64,000 bases of DNA from an uncultured delta proteobacterium (GCA_963848135.1 CAWKCK010000003.1:558001-622000), one strand, 5' to 3'. Numbered from the stretch's first letter, positions 1 through 10,591 are shown. The notes: generated by a model from the sequence alone, not told the origin. Translations and numbers: made by a program.

Positions 1-367
1 AGCCTTGGATATCGCCGGCCTGAACCGCCTTTCTTACTCGGCCGATGTCCGCTTCATTCCGATCCGCTGCCTTGGTTCTATGAATGTCATCTGGATCAAA
101 GACGCCCTTTCCCAGGGTATGGACGGGGTATTTCTGCTGGGGTGCAAACATGGTGATGATTACCAGTGCCATTTTATTAAAGGGAGCGAACTGGCCGAGA
201 TCCGCATCAAAAAAATCGGTGACGCTTTGGCCAGTCTGGCCCTGGAAAACGAACGCGTTGCCCAGTTTGAACTGGCTATCGATGAGTACGATAAGATCCC
301 GCAGATGGTAAATGATTTTGTGGCCTCTATCGAAGAGCTCGGACCGAACCCGTTCAAGGGATTCTAA
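1..367 (+). CDS. qmoB: QmoB, C-terminal MvhD-like domain (5' truncated by the window edge)
   Basis: IPIRCLGS...GCKHGDDYQCHF...GPNPFKGF MvhD-like C-terminus directly upstream of qmoC. Confidence 0.88.
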   Translation, partial: ALDIAGLNRLSYSADVRFIPIRCLGSMNVIWIKDALSQGMDGVFLLGCKHGDDYQCHFIKGSELAEIRIKKIGDALASLALENERVAQFELAIDEYDKIPQMVNDFVASIEELGPNPFKGF

Positions 368-433
368 CATACAAGGAGAGACGGTCGGCTGCCGTCATCG
401 GCTGTTGACCGTCTTTGATGCAGGAGGTTACCA

Positions 434-1582
434 ATGGCGGATACCATTACGCTTGAACCCGATGTGGGATTTATCAGAGAAGTCGGTAAGCTGGGCGGCG
501 GTGATTTGAAAAAGTGCTATCAGTGTGCGACCTGCTCGGTGGCCTGCCCGATCTCACCGGATAACAAACCCTTTCCCCGCAAGGAGATGATTGCGGCATC
601 CTGGGGATTGAAAGATCGGCTTATTGCCGATTACGATGTCTGGCTCTGCCACAACTGTGGCGACTGCACCACATTGTGCCCAAGGGGCGCCAAGCCCGGG
701 GAAGTGCTGGGTGCCCTGCGCGCCTATGCCGTCAGAGAATATGCCACCCCCAAGGCCCTGGCCAAGGCAGTGGCCAATCCCAAAATGCTACCCATTTTGT
801 TTGCCGTTCCAGCGTTTATTTTTATTGCGATGGGTCTGATTTTCAACTCTCTTGGAGTCAACTGGCTCAACTTTTCACCGCATGCAGGAGAGATTTGGCA
901 ATCCCATTTCATCAACAACTACCTGGTCGACATCATCATGATTCCCACTTTTTTCGGAGCCATCGCTGTGTTCGCCCTGGGTCTGAAGAGATTTCTCAAT
1001 GATATGCATCAGCAGGCGATTAAGTCCGGAAAAGCCGAAGACAAACCCCTGGATATGGGCGGTGTCCTTGCGGCTCTGGTGCGCACCATCGTAACCATTC
1101 TGACGCACCGGAAATTTAACGAGTGCGGGGAGAACAAAGGTCGCGCTACAGCCCACATGATGGTGCTGTTCAGCTTTATCGGCTTGTTCATCGTAACCAA
1201 CTGCTTTTTCTTTGCCGAGTGGGTACTGCACATCGAAGGGCCATACAGTCAGCTCAACCCGGTCAAATGGCTCGGTAATATCGCCGGTGTTGCCCTGGTC
1301 GTCGGATCGATATTGCTGTGGCGGAGTCGGTTGGCCAATAAAGACCAGGGCTCGTCGTATTGGGACTGGTATCTGGTTGTACTGGCTTTTTCGCTGGGGG
1401 CCACCGGGCTGGGAACAGAAATTACCCGGCTGATGGGGTTATCCGGTGTTTCTTATTTCATTTACTTTTTACACCTGATGTTCATCTGGAGTTTGTTTGC
1501 GTACACCCCGTTTTCGAAACTGGCCCATTTGGTTTACCGCACGACGGCCATGGCTTACGCGGAATATACGAATCGGAAATAG
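434..1582 (+). CDS. qmoC: Quinone-interacting membrane-bound oxidoreductase subunit C
   Basis: N-terminal 2x[4Fe-4S] motifs (CYQCATCSVAC, CHNCGDCTTLC) followed by a multi-TM cytochrome b-like domain with conserved His; GGAGG RBS. Confidence 0.93.
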   Translation: MADTITLEPDVGFIREVGKLGGGDLKKCYQCATCSVACPISPDNKPFPRKEMIAASWGLKDRLIADYDVWLCHNCGDCTTLCPRGAKPGEVLGALRAYAVREYATPKALAKAVANPKMLPILFAVPAFIFIAMGLIFNSLGVNWLNFSPHAGEIWQSHFINNYLVDIIMIPTFFGAIAVFALGLKRFLNDMHQQAIKSGKAEDKPLDMGGVLAALVRTIVTILTHRKFNECGENKGRATAHMMVLFSFIGLFIVTNCFFFAEWVLHIEGPYSQLNPVKWLGNIAGVALVVGSILLWRSRLANKDQGSSYWDWYLVVLAFSLGATGLGTEITRLMGLSGVSYFIYFLHLMFIWSLFAYTPFSKLAHLVYRTTAMAYAEYTNRK

Positions 1583-1613
1583 CGTATAACAGTCGAACAG
1601 ATAAAGAATCAAA

Positions 1614-1650
1614 AATGGGGCTCGGTGTGTTTATCCGGCCCCCTTTTTAT
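1614..1650 (+). terminator. Rho-independent terminator after qmoC
   Basis: GGGGCTCGG...CCGGCCCC hairpin followed by a T-run. Confidence 0.55.
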
Positions 1651-1659
1651 TGATGGAAA

Positions 1660-1806
1660 TGTGTTTGGTGTTTGGTTTTTAGAAATTTGTAATTGAGGTT
1701 TTATCCGTCGCCGGACTGGCAGCACAGACTTTAAACGAGGGTTATCACCTTTGGTATTAATCGAAAAGATTCATGACAAGCACCATTCAATAAACACCAA
1801 ACACAA
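1660..1806. repeat. Palindromic element with inverted heptamer-like arms
   Basis: TGTGTTTGGTGTTT at the left end and AAACACCAAACACA at the right end. Confidence 0.5.
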
Positions 1807-1808
1807 AT

Positions 1809-1845
1809 AAAAAGGGGCAACTCATTGAGAGTCACCCCTTTTTTA
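1809..1845 (-). terminator. Rho-independent terminator after sat
   Basis: AAAAAAGGGG...CCCTTTTTT hairpin flanked by A and T runs. Confidence 0.6.
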
Positions 1846-1864
1846 GTTGTACTAAATAAGATTA

Positions 1865-3139
1865 TCAATCACCCGTTGCGGCTTTGTGGGTCTTGATTTC
1901 GACCTTCTCGGTCAGGCCTTCGTAGTAATCGCGCAGAATGGCCACGACCTCATCACGTCCGAAGTGATCCGGAAGCTCGCCGCCTTCGGAGAGAAGTTTG
2001 CGCAGCATGGTACCTGAGAGCAGAACCCGGTCTTCCTTGGCGTGGTTGCAGGTTCGCAGGGAAGCCATCCCGTCGCACTTGTAGCAGTAGAAGGTCCAGT
2101 CGATTTTCAGCGGCTTGCAGGCCAGGGCTTTGCCGGGCTCGGTCGGGTACGGGATTTTATCGAAGATGGTCTGGGCTTCGAACATGCCATAGAAATCGCC
2201 GACACCGGCGTGGTCACGACCGATAATCATGCGCGAACAGCCGTAGTTCTGACGGAAAACAGCGTGCAGCAGCCCTTCCCGCGGACCGGCATAGCGCATA
2301 TCCAGCGGATATCCACCCTGAACGACGTTGTCTTCCACAAAGTAATTCTTCACCAACGAATCGATGCATTTAACGCGCACCGAAGCTGGGATGTCGCCCG
2401 GTTTGAGATTTCCGACCAGAGAGTGAATATAGACCCCGTCGCAAACTTCAACGGCGATTTTGCACAGGTACTCGTGGGACCGGTGCATGGGATTTCGCAA
2501 CTGTAATGCCGCCACTTCGCTCCATCCGCGGTCATCGAAAATCTTGCGGGATTCCTCCGGTCGGTGGTAAACGCCGGCATATCTTGTGGGATACTCGCCT
2601 TCGCTGAGCACCTTGACCGGACCGGCCAGGTTAAAGTCTTTCTGCTGCATAACCATCTGTACACCGGGATGATCTTCTTCGGCAATTTTCCAGAATTCTT
2701 CCGCCGTTGGTGTCCCTTCGCCCATGAAGACCTTTTCACATTCGTATTTTTTGTCGGCTGCAGTCAATTCGTACTTTTCGGAAACCTTCATGGTCGCCAT
2801 GATTTCGTTGCTCTCCGGGTCGAAGAGTGCAACCTCGTCACCAACTTTTATGGCATCCGCATCTTCTTTAGTGACATCCAGAGTCACAGGAACCGGCCAG
2901 AAGGTGCCGTCAGCCGTAAGGTAGTTATCACAGACGCTTTTCCAATCGGCTTTGGTCATGAAACCGGTCAGGGGGCTGAACCCGCCGATGCCGATCATGA
3001 TGAGATCGCCTTTTACACGCTGTGAAATGGCAACTTTTTTAAGCCCCGCAGCTTTTTTCTTTTCCGCTTCCAGCTCAGCACCCTCAAGAAGGCACTTGGT
3101 TAACCCTTTTCCGCCATGTGGTGGCATTAAGTTCGACAT
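1865..3139 (-). CDS. sat: Sulfate adenylyltransferase (dissimilatory ATP sulfurylase)
   Basis: PPHGGK N-terminus, [11 protein letters not shown] and GRDHAGVG motifs; start set at ATG 3139 behind a GAAAGGAG RBS. Confidence 0.97.
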   Translation of the reverse strand: MSNLMPPHGGKGLTKCLLEGAELEAEKKKAAGLKKVAISQRVKGDLIMIGIGGFSPLTGFMTKADWKSVCDNYLTADGTFWPVPVTLDVTKEDADAIKVGDEVALFDPESNEIMATMKVSEKYELTAADKKYECEKVFMGEGTPTAEEFWKIAEEDHPGVQMVMQQKDFNLAGPVKVLSEGEYPTRYAGVYHRPEESRKIFDDRGWSEVAALQLRNPMHRSHEYLCKIAVEVCDGVYIHSLVGNLKPGDIPASVRVKCIDSLVKNYFVEDNVVQGGYPLDMRYAGPREGLLHAVFRQNYGCSRMIIGRDHAGVGDFYGMFEAQTIFDKIPYPTEPGKALACKPLKIDWTFYCYKCDGMASLRTCNHAKEDRVLLSGTMLRKLLSEGGELPDHFGRDEVVAILRDYYEGLTEKVEIKTHKAATGD

Positions 3140-3174
3140 GTGCTCTAATCTCCTTTCATCCAATGTTATTTTTT

Positions 3175-3192
3175 GTGGTAATTTTTTACCAC
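3175..3192. promoter_or_regulatory. Perfect 18-bp palindrome in the sat leader (candidate operator)
   Basis: GTGGTAA-TTTT-TTACCAC between a TTGACA-N17-TAAACA promoter candidate (about 3228-3256, minus strand) and the sat RBS. Confidence 0.45.
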
Positions 3193-3478
3193 CCACTACT
3201 TGCCCTTTTATGGATTGAAGCTGGTATGTTTATTCGGTTGAAATGAATTTGTCAAGCGTAATTCGGGGCTTGGGCAACATGCGGAGAGATTATAGCGATT
3301 GTCCTCCGGTAAAAAATATGCTTTCCAAGTGGGTCACGGCCGAACCGTTCTGTGGCTTGTTTGCTATGGTAAAAAATCCCTCTATATTGTGTAAATAAAT
3401 ACTTGACATACATCATATTGTATGTAATGGGATTGTCGAATCCTTAATGATGACGTTAAAACAATAGGCGGATAGGAT

Positions 3479-3841
3479 ATGGAGCGGCGAAAATCGGCTC
3501 GCTACCCACTGTGGGAATACCGTTATGAGATTTATGACAACGACAACAATGCCATTGGCTGGATAACCGACATCAGCGACGGTGGGTTGTCATTTGAATA
3601 TATCCCGGCTGATATTGAAATTGGTAAGCGCAGCGTCATCAGTATTTTTCCCAAACAAGGCAATGGATCATATCTGCCGGGCATAAAATGCAAACGCGTA
3701 TATGACATAAAAATCGAGGATGAAGAAATCTATCATATCCCGGTGGAATTCAGACGCTGTGGTGTGAAGCTGTTCGCACTTTTGGGTGAGAAGAAAAAAA
3801 AGTTTAAAAGTATTGTAGAGGAAATAAAAACTGCCAGATAG
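3479..3841 (+). CDS. PilZ-domain protein (putative c-di-GMP receptor)
   Basis: ERRKSAR (RxxxR) and DISDGG (D/NxSxxG) motifs. Confidence 0.75.
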   Translation: MERRKSARYPLWEYRYEIYDNDNNAIGWITDISDGGLSFEYIPADIEIGKRSVISIFPKQGNGSYLPGIKCKRVYDIKIEDEEIYHIPVEFRRCGVKLFALLGEKKKKFKSIVEEIKTAR

Positions 3842-3974
3842 TCGTTCCCGTTCTCCCGCCAAGCCGATCTATACCCGCGATCAGATGACTTTGTGCCCGT
3901 GATTCGTTAAAGAAAATGGCCCCTATCCATCTGAATGTTTCCGTCGGTCTGAGTCCAGATTGAAATCAAGCGGT

Positions 3975-4517
3975 TTATCTTAAAAGCTGGATAACTCCGC
4001 CACCGCTGCAGTTTGCCGATGAGCCGCCCTCAAAAGGTCCTTTGTATTCTTTCTGATAGTCATAGATAACCCGGCCGTTCGGAGAGGCGATTTTCTGCTG
4101 CTGGTTTTTCGGTATGTGGCCGCTCCATAATTTGGGACCCTGGTCACCATATGTGTCCGGTGCCCAGACCCGGACGTACACATCGATGTCCGGTGCCTGC
4201 AGGTAACAATAATTATCTTCGGCAACTGCTTCTTCCATCTTTTCGCTTTGATAGGTATCGGTGCCCGGCTGCATCGACTCTTCGTTCTCGTAATTACCTT
4301 TTCTGCGCTCATTTCGCTCTATCTTTGTCGGCGTCTGGTCGCTGCTGGTATAGTCCATGACATCATTTAGCCGACCTTCTGCGGGAGGCGGGTTCTGGGT
4401 GAGATGGGCAACCCCGGACTTGTCGGTCCAGTGATAGATCCTTTCGGCATAACTTACTGTTGCAGCCAGCCCCGCCGCGGCGGCCAGCAAAATGATTGTT
4501 TTCATTCGGTTCGGCAT
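3975..4517 (-). CDS. Exported DUF4124-like protein
   Basis: Signal peptide followed by IYHWTDKSGVAHLTQNPPP. Confidence 0.7.
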   Translation of the reverse strand: MPNRMKTIILLAAAAGLAATVSYAERIYHWTDKSGVAHLTQNPPPAEGRLNDVMDYTSSDQTPTKIERNERRKGNYENEESMQPGTDTYQSEKMEEAVAEDNYCYLQAPDIDVYVRVWAPDTYGDQGPKLWSGHIPKNQQQKIASPNGRVIYDYQKEYKGPFEGGSSANCSGGGVIQLLR

Positions 4518-4721
4518 TTCAATCACCCCCTACTTGTTTGGTACTTTATCGTGCCACCATGTCACTTGATAACCCGGCTAAACGGGGTTTGTTGCTCAGA
4601 ACGTGCGGCAAATATTAGGAAATATTGGACCCGGAATCCTCGCTTCAGCCAGCTTTTACTGAATCCAAATCGTCTCATCTTTAACACTTGCAGGGTTCAA
4701 TTTTTAACCCAACGGCGTCTA

Positions 4722-5813
4722 TTATTCTTCAGTATTTTCCGAATCCGGTGATGCGGTTGCAACTTCCGGCAGGACATCCTTAAAAGCAATGCCGTAAATA
4801 TCCCATACCGTCACAAACAGGGCCGCCACAATTGGGCCGATGATTATTCCGGCGACGCCGAACATCAAAATGCCGCCGAGAGTGCCGAAAAAAATCATCA
4901 ATTCGTGCAGCTGCGTGCTTTTTCCGACCAGAACTGGACGCAGCAGGTTGTCCAAACTGCCCACGACGACACCACAAAAGATTCCGAGACCCACGCCTTT
5001 GGCCAACTGACCGGTGGTGATTAGAATGATTGCGGCAGGACCCCAGACCAATGCCGAACCGATACCGGGGATGATTGACAGCACGGCCATGATGGCACCC
5101 CAGAAAACTGCGCTGGGAATACCGACAACGGCGAAAGCGGCCCCGGCCAGTCCACCCTGCAGCAACCCGATGACGATAGTGCCCTTGAGAGTGGCCCGTG
5201 TGACCGAAGTGAATTTTCCCAGCATGCTCTCTTCATCCTTGCTCTCCAGGGGCAGGTAGTAGAGAATCTTGTGGAGCAGTTTGGGCCCGTCCATGAGAAA
5301 AAAGAACATGCAGTAGAGCATGACAAAAGCCATAAAAAAGAGTTGCACCGTACCGAAAGTTACCATGGACAATCGATCCACGATAAATCCGCTTGTCGTA
5401 CTGACCAGTTCTCCGAGTTTGGTCGCGATTTGGTTGCGATAGGGCTCTATCGTATCATAGAAAGGTAGGGATTGGAGCGTTGTCGTTAAAGTGCCGGGTT
5501 CTGACAAATGCTGTTTGACCCATGGCTTGGCTATTTCGGCAACTTTTATGGCCTGAGTGGCGATGATGCCGAGTAGAAAGCCCAACGGCACCAGAAAGAC
5601 TGTAAGGATAAGCAAAATAGTGGTCATAGACGCTGGAACTCTGCGGCCGCCGAACCATCTCACGAATCGGTCGTAGATGGGATGTGATAGTGCTGCGAAA
5701 ATCCCGGATAGCAGAATCGCCATTAAAAACTGGCGGATCATCAGAAGGAACACCGAGGTGATTAGAAACACGATAAGCAGCAACACCCATTTATTTATGG
5801 TATCTTTATTCAT
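4722..5813 (-). CDS. AI-2E (PerM) family transporter
   Basis: Multi-TM protein with IPGIG...DNLLRP...GIIIGP motifs. Confidence 0.88.
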   Translation of the reverse strand: MNKDTINKWVLLLIVFLITSVFLLMIRQFLMAILLSGIFAALSHPIYDRFVRWFGGRRVPASMTTILLILTVFLVPLGFLLGIIATQAIKVAEIAKPWVKQHLSEPGTLTTTLQSLPFYDTIEPYRNQIATKLGELVSTTSGFIVDRLSMVTFGTVQLFFMAFVMLYCMFFFLMDGPKLLHKILYYLPLESKDEESMLGKFTSVTRATLKGTIVIGLLQGGLAGAAFAVVGIPSAVFWGAIMAVLSIIPGIGSALVWGPAAIILITTGQLAKGVGLGIFCGVVVGSLDNLLRPVLVGKSTQLHELMIFFGTLGGILMFGVAGIIIGPIVAALFVTVWDIYGIAFKDVLPEVATASPDSENTEE

Positions 5814-6126
5814 CCATAATTCTCCCGCATGGCTGTCGATCTTATAAAAAAATTTGCCGTACGACGAAAAGCTGGTGTAGACTCTTTTGCCCCACCAGTG
5901 GTGCATAACATTTTTTCAGGCATGCTGCATCAACTTTACGGCCACGGATTCCTGCCTGTTAATCTCTGTCGCGAGAAAGGCTTCCTGATTGGGGGAATCG
6001 TAATTAATTCTGTTACAATCGGAAATCAGCGCAGAACACTGCTCAGCGGGAAAAAGACGATCATTGTGAGAATAGCAATGCAGAGAGCCGATTTCAGTTT
6101 AATGAAACCGGCTCTCGAATATGATC

Positions 6127-6219
6127 TGGCGGAGAGACAGGGATTCGAACCCTGGAATCAGGTTTCCCCGATTACTCGCTTAGCAGGCGAGCGCCTTCAG
6201 CCGACTCGGCCATCTCTCC
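6127..6219 (-). tRNA. tRNA-Ser(GCT)
   Basis: Minus strand reads GGAGAGATGGCCGAGTCGG...CT-GCT-AA...long variable arm...GGTTCGAATCCC...CCA. Confidence 0.96.
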
Positions 6220-6346
6220 GTATTTTAAACAAATAAGCGGGATGGGCTCAATTCCCAGTTTGAGTTACAAATAATCGACGTTTTGAAGAATGCCGGGTCC
6301 ACACGTCGGGCTGTGGACGTTTTGTTTAAACGCATTGCAATGCTGT

Positions 6347-6434
6347 TGGCGGAGGGAGTAGGATTCGAACCCACGGAGGTGTTACCCTCAACGGTTTTCA
6401 AGACCGCCGCTTTCGACCACTCAGCCATCCCTCC
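6347..6434 (-). tRNA. tRNA-Ser(TGA)
   Basis: Minus strand reads GGAGGGATGGCTGAGTGG...CT-TGA-AA...variable arm...GGTTCGAATCC...CCA. Confidence 0.96.
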
Positions 6435-6669
6435 GTGTTTGCAACGAAGATTTTTTTATCACCTCATTGGGTAGGGGTCAATATTTTTTGTTGGTATGGG
6501 GGGCGATACTTCCGGAACCTTATCGGTTATCAGCCCCCACCGGCTGCTGCCAAGGTAAATTCGTCGGTGGATCGTGTGGCCTTTTGGCCATTGACAGATG
6601 CATTTTGGTGTGCTTTTCTTACCTGTTTAAACCGTAACTAAAAAACCGCTATTGAGAGGGACCATTTAC

Positions 6670-7146
6670 ATGAAACAAAAATACGAATTCATCAAAGACA
6701 CGGAAAAAGACATTCTAATTTTGCGGGAATATGCAGAGCTGGATAAAGATATCCTGTCACCGCTGTGTGAAGAGCAATACAATATCAAGGCGATTGAAGC
6801 GGCCATGACAGAAGGCAAAGACATGCTCATGGCAGCACTTAGAACCAAAAACATGTATCCACCGGGGCTGTATGCCGAAAAAATTGCCGATGTCGTTACG
6901 GAATTTTTGGGCGCGGCAGACCAGGATACGACCGAACTGCTGTTCGATGATATCGATTTGCTGAAATTGGAGCGAGAGCAAGAAGCCCTTGAATTGGCTG
7001 CCGAAGAAGAGGCGGAGAATATTGACGATTTGCTTTCGGAAGAAGATGATTACGACGGGGATTTCGAATCTGGCGGCGATTTAAAGGGCGTTGGTTCCTT
7101 CAAAGTTGCCGATGATGAATACGGAGATGTGGATGATGATTCTTAA
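6670..7146 (+). CDS. Hypothetical protein with highly acidic C-terminal tail
   Basis: ORF behind a GAGGG RBS; D/E-rich C-terminus. Confidence 0.75.
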   Translation: MKQKYEFIKDTEKDILILREYAELDKDILSPLCEEQYNIKAIEAAMTEGKDMLMAALRTKNMYPPGLYAEKIADVVTEFLGAADQDTTELLFDDIDLLKLEREQEALELAAEEEAENIDDLLSEEDDYDGDFESGGDLKGVGSFKVADDEYGDVDDDS

Positions 7147-7740
7147 TGCTGAATTGAGAATATCGCACGCATAATAGACAGCGAAAGCGTATTAACCTAA
7201 GAATTTCCGTTTGTTTTTAAATTTAAAGAAACCCACCAGGACTGTCGAATTCTGCCACGCCCACGGTGTTCGCTGGCATTCCGCAATAGACAGCGACAGC
7301 GTGACAATATCTTCCATGTTTTTACGGTGACTACGACCACCACTTTAAATTTTGAAGAGATGGGCAGCTATCAACTAAGCGCTGCGCTTGCGTTTTGCTG
7401 ACAGCATACTCCGGCGTGGCGAGATCCAAGGATACTTGCCCCCCTGCCCGCGACGCATGCCCCAAAAGCGCGAATGGCTTCACTCGCACCGAGTTTTGCC
7501 TTGACATCGAGTACTTATTGAAATAAACGGTTGGGCTGACAATGCACTGATCCGGGAAATATTTACCCCCGGTTCACAGCAACTGTGTTTTTCGCCGGAG
7601 GGAACGACCGATGGGGAGAGAAAAGAGCCACTGTTGGCCGCGTGCCGCCAAGTGGTTTTTTTGTATTTATTGCGGTCGATAGAGGCCCGTATCGTACGGG
7701 AGTAAACCGACAGCACTATGTTCGCATCAAGGAGGTGCCG

Positions 7741-8682
7741 ATGGAAAAGGAAAAACAGTTTTATGAGAGGCTGGCGGAGAGGGGTGTAAGCAGGCGGGAT
7801 TTTATGAAATACTGCACCTTCCTCACGGCGACCATGGGGCTGTCGTCTTCATTCGTCCCTAAGGTGGCCGAGGTGTTTGCCGCTCCTAAACAGAGACCCC
7901 CGGTCATCTGGCTGCATTTCGGAGAATGTACCGGATGCTCTGAATCATTGCTGAGATCACAGTATCCTTACATTGATGACCTGGTTTTGGAAATTCTGTC
8001 ACTCGAATATCACGAAACCGTCATGGCGGCAGCCGGCCAGCAGGCGGAAGACCAGCTTCACATGTCGATGAAAAAGCACAATGGGAATTTTATTTGTGTG
8101 GTCGAAGGGGCGATTCCGACCAAATACGACGGAGGTTACGGAAAAATCGGCGGCCGGACCTTCCTGGAAATTGCCAAGGAAGTCTGCCCGAAAGCCGCTG
8201 CCGTAATAGCGATCGGTGCCTGTGCCACTTATGGCGGCATCCCGGCGGCAGCCCCCAATCCCGGCGGATATGTGAGTGTAAGTGAAGCTATCGGTATCAA
8301 GACCATCAACCTTGCCGGATGCCCTCCCAATCCGGTCAACACGGTGGGCACCATCGTGAATTATCTTCTCTTAGGCAAATTACCGGCCATCGATGATCAG
8401 GGACGGCCGCTGTTTGCGTATGGAAAGACCATCCATGACCAGTGCCCCAGACGGTCCCATTTCGAAAACGAAGAATTTGTCGAGGAGTTTGGATCCGAAG
8501 AAGCGGCTATGGGTTACTGCCTATACAAAGTGGGATGCAGAGGTCCGGAAACCTATAACAATTGTCCGGTAGCCAAATTCAATGACGGCACCAGCTGGCC
8601 GATTGAGGCCGGTGCTCCCTGTCTCGGCTGCAGTGAGCCCAAGTTCTGGGATAAGTTCACGCCGTTTTATGAAGAACTGTAG
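7741..8682 (+). CDS. Periplasmic [NiFe] hydrogenase small subunit (group 1b/Hyn type)
   Basis: Tat signal SRRDFMK; ECTGCSES, GCPP, HDQC, CLYKVGC; SWP (Pro) indicates a medial [3Fe-4S] cluster; no C-terminal TM anchor; GGAGG RBS. Confidence 0.95.
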   Translation: MEKEKQFYERLAERGVSRRDFMKYCTFLTATMGLSSSFVPKVAEVFAAPKQRPPVIWLHFGECTGCSESLLRSQYPYIDDLVLEILSLEYHETVMAAAGQQAEDQLHMSMKKHNGNFICVVEGAIPTKYDGGYGKIGGRTFLEIAKEVCPKAAAVIAIGACATYGGIPAAAPNPGGYVSVSEAIGIKTINLAGCPPNPVNTVGTIVNYLLLGKLPAIDDQGRPLFAYGKTIHDQCPRRSHFENEEFVEEFGSEEAAMGYCLYKVGCRGPETYNNCPVAKFNDGTSWPIEAGAPCLGCSEPKFWDKFTPFYEEL

Positions 8683-8734
8683 GTTATGGTTTAATCGACT
8701 AACATTTCCTTTTTGAGGTAAAGGGAGGACCAAT

Positions 8735-10384
8735 ATGGCTCAGAGAGTAACAATAGATCCAATTACCAGAATCGAAGGCCACCTTCGCATTGAGGTCGAG
8801 GTTTCCGGTGGGAAGGTTGTCAATGCCTGGAGCTCCGGTCAGATGTTCCGTGGCATTGAAATGATTTTACTGGGACGCGATCCCCGCGATGCCCATCATT
8901 TTGTACAGCGTTCCTGCGGAGTCTGAACGTACACCCATGCACTGTCCTCGGTGAGGGCAGCCGAAATGGCCGTTGGCGTCAAAATCCCTGAGAACGCACG
9001 CATTATCAGAAATCTCTTGATGGGCGCGCAATTCCAGCATGACCATCTCGTTCATTTCTACCATCTGCACGCTCTTGATTGGGTGGACATCGTCAGTGCT
9101 TTAAAAGCCGATCCGGCCAAAACCGCTCAGCTCGCAGACAATGTCAGCAATGCCCAGGTCGGTGGAAGCGCTTATTTCAAACAGGTGCAACAGCGGCTGC
9201 AGACCTTTGTCGACAGTGGTCAGTTGGGCCCCTTTTCGAATGCCTACTGGGGCCATCCGGCTTACAAACTGCCACCGGAAGCCAATTTGATGGCCGCGGC
9301 GCACTACATCGAAGCCCTGCGGTTGCAGGCCAGAACCGCCAGGCTGCATGCCATATTTGGTGCGAAAAATCCCCATTTGCAATCTCTGGTTGTGGGCGGT
9401 GTCACATCCGTGAGAGACTTGAGGGCAGACCGCATTGCTGAATTTCTTTACATCACCAAAGAAACCCAGGAATTCATCAAGAACGTCTATATTCCCGATT
9501 TGCTCGCGGTTGCGTCCTTTTACAAGGATTGGGGTGGCATCGGCGGGACGACCAATTTCCTGGCCTGGGGAGAATTTCCTCTGAGTGATGCTGAGCCCGA
9601 AAGTCTTTACATGCCGCGCGGATACATCAAAAAGAAAGATATAGCCGGCGTCAGCATGCCGTTGCAGGACAATGTCACCGAAGACGTTACCCGCGGCTGG
9701 TATGAAAAGGGCGGTGCAAAGCACCCGTTCCAGGGGGAGACCAAACCGATTCAAAAGGATCCCGAGTACCGTCCCGAAAAAGGCCAGTACACCTGGTTCA
9801 AGGCCCCACGTTATGAAGGCGATCCGGCTGAGGTCGGCCCGCTGACACGTGTTTTGGTGGCCTATGCCAAGGGACACAAGGATATCAAGCCGATAGTCGA
9901 CAAGGTCCTCACGGACCTCGGGATTCCGGCAACGGCATTGTTCTCCACCCTCGGCAGAACGGCAGCAAGAGGGATTGAAACCATCGCCATCGGTGACGCC
10001 ATGCAGGGTTGGGTCATGGAGTTGGTGGAAAATGTCAAGAACGGTGATACCAAGACCTACCAGGCCTGGACCATGCCGGACAAAGGCATGGGCGTCGGGC
10101 TGAACGATGTGCCCAGGGGTTCTTTGGGCCACTGGATGGAAATCGAGGGTGGGAAGATAAAGAACTATCAGTATGTGGTCCCATCCACTTGGAATCTAGG
10201 TCCCAGGGATGCCAAAGGCAAACTGGGTCCTGTGGAGGAAGCACTCATCGGAACCCCGATAGCTGATCCGAAAAAACCGCTCGAGGTCCTCAGAACGGTG
10301 CACTCTTTCGATCCGTGCATTGCCTGCGGTGTGCACGTTATCGATCCCGATTCGAACGAGGTTTATAAAATTAAAGTTCTCTAA
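8735..10384 (+). CDS. [NiFe] hydrogenase large subunit with in-frame TGA (codon 64), probably selenocysteine
   Basis: ORFs 8735-8926 and 8951-10384 share a frame. Read-through gives RIEGH...QRSCGV(U)TYTH...VPRG...[11 protein letters not shown] plus a 15-aa cleavable extension. Confidence 0.92.
8924..8969 (+). promoter_or_regulatory. Bacterial SECIS-like hairpin
   Basis: TGA at 8924-8926; stem CTGTCCTC(8942-8949)/GAGGGCAG(8953-8960) with GGT loop; lower pairing CCAT/ATGG. Confidence 0.75.
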
Positions 10385-10393
10385 CTGTCATTG

Positions 10394-10434
10394 ATGCTCG
10401 TCAGCCTGGCCTCTCAAGGACTGACGAGCATCTC
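10394..10434 (+). terminator. Stem-loop after the hydrogenase structural genes (terminator or mRNA stabiliser)
   Basis: ATGCTCGTCAG...CTGACGAGCAT inverted repeat; weak U-tract. Confidence 0.45.
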
Positions 10435-10591
10435 TCCACCAGCTCCCCAAGCCGAGCGGCAAGAAAGGCCTTCGGGTGTTGTGTTCTTGCCGATTCACCA
10501 AGCCGGAATGCTCCCTTTGCCAAGTTAAGATCTTGCTTTGCCGACAACCCGGTGCGCTATAATGGCGGAGCGGCGGGGCTCAGTGAAAACA

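Noticed and set aside
6347..6434. tRNA with anticodon TGA as tRNA-Sec
   Set aside because: tRNA-Sec has anticodon TCA. TGA reads Ser codon UCA, and the acceptor stem is the standard 7 bp.
8735..8926. 63-aa ORF treated as a separate gene, or the large subunit as a pseudogene
   Set aside because: It is in frame with the downstream ORF, the stop is TGA at a conserved Cys, and a SECIS-like hairpin follows, so recoding fits better.
9101..10132. Long antisense ORFs (343 aa here; also 55510-56481, 38101-38802 and 29510-30142)
   Set aside because: Shadow frames of well-conserved genes with no recognisable motifs.
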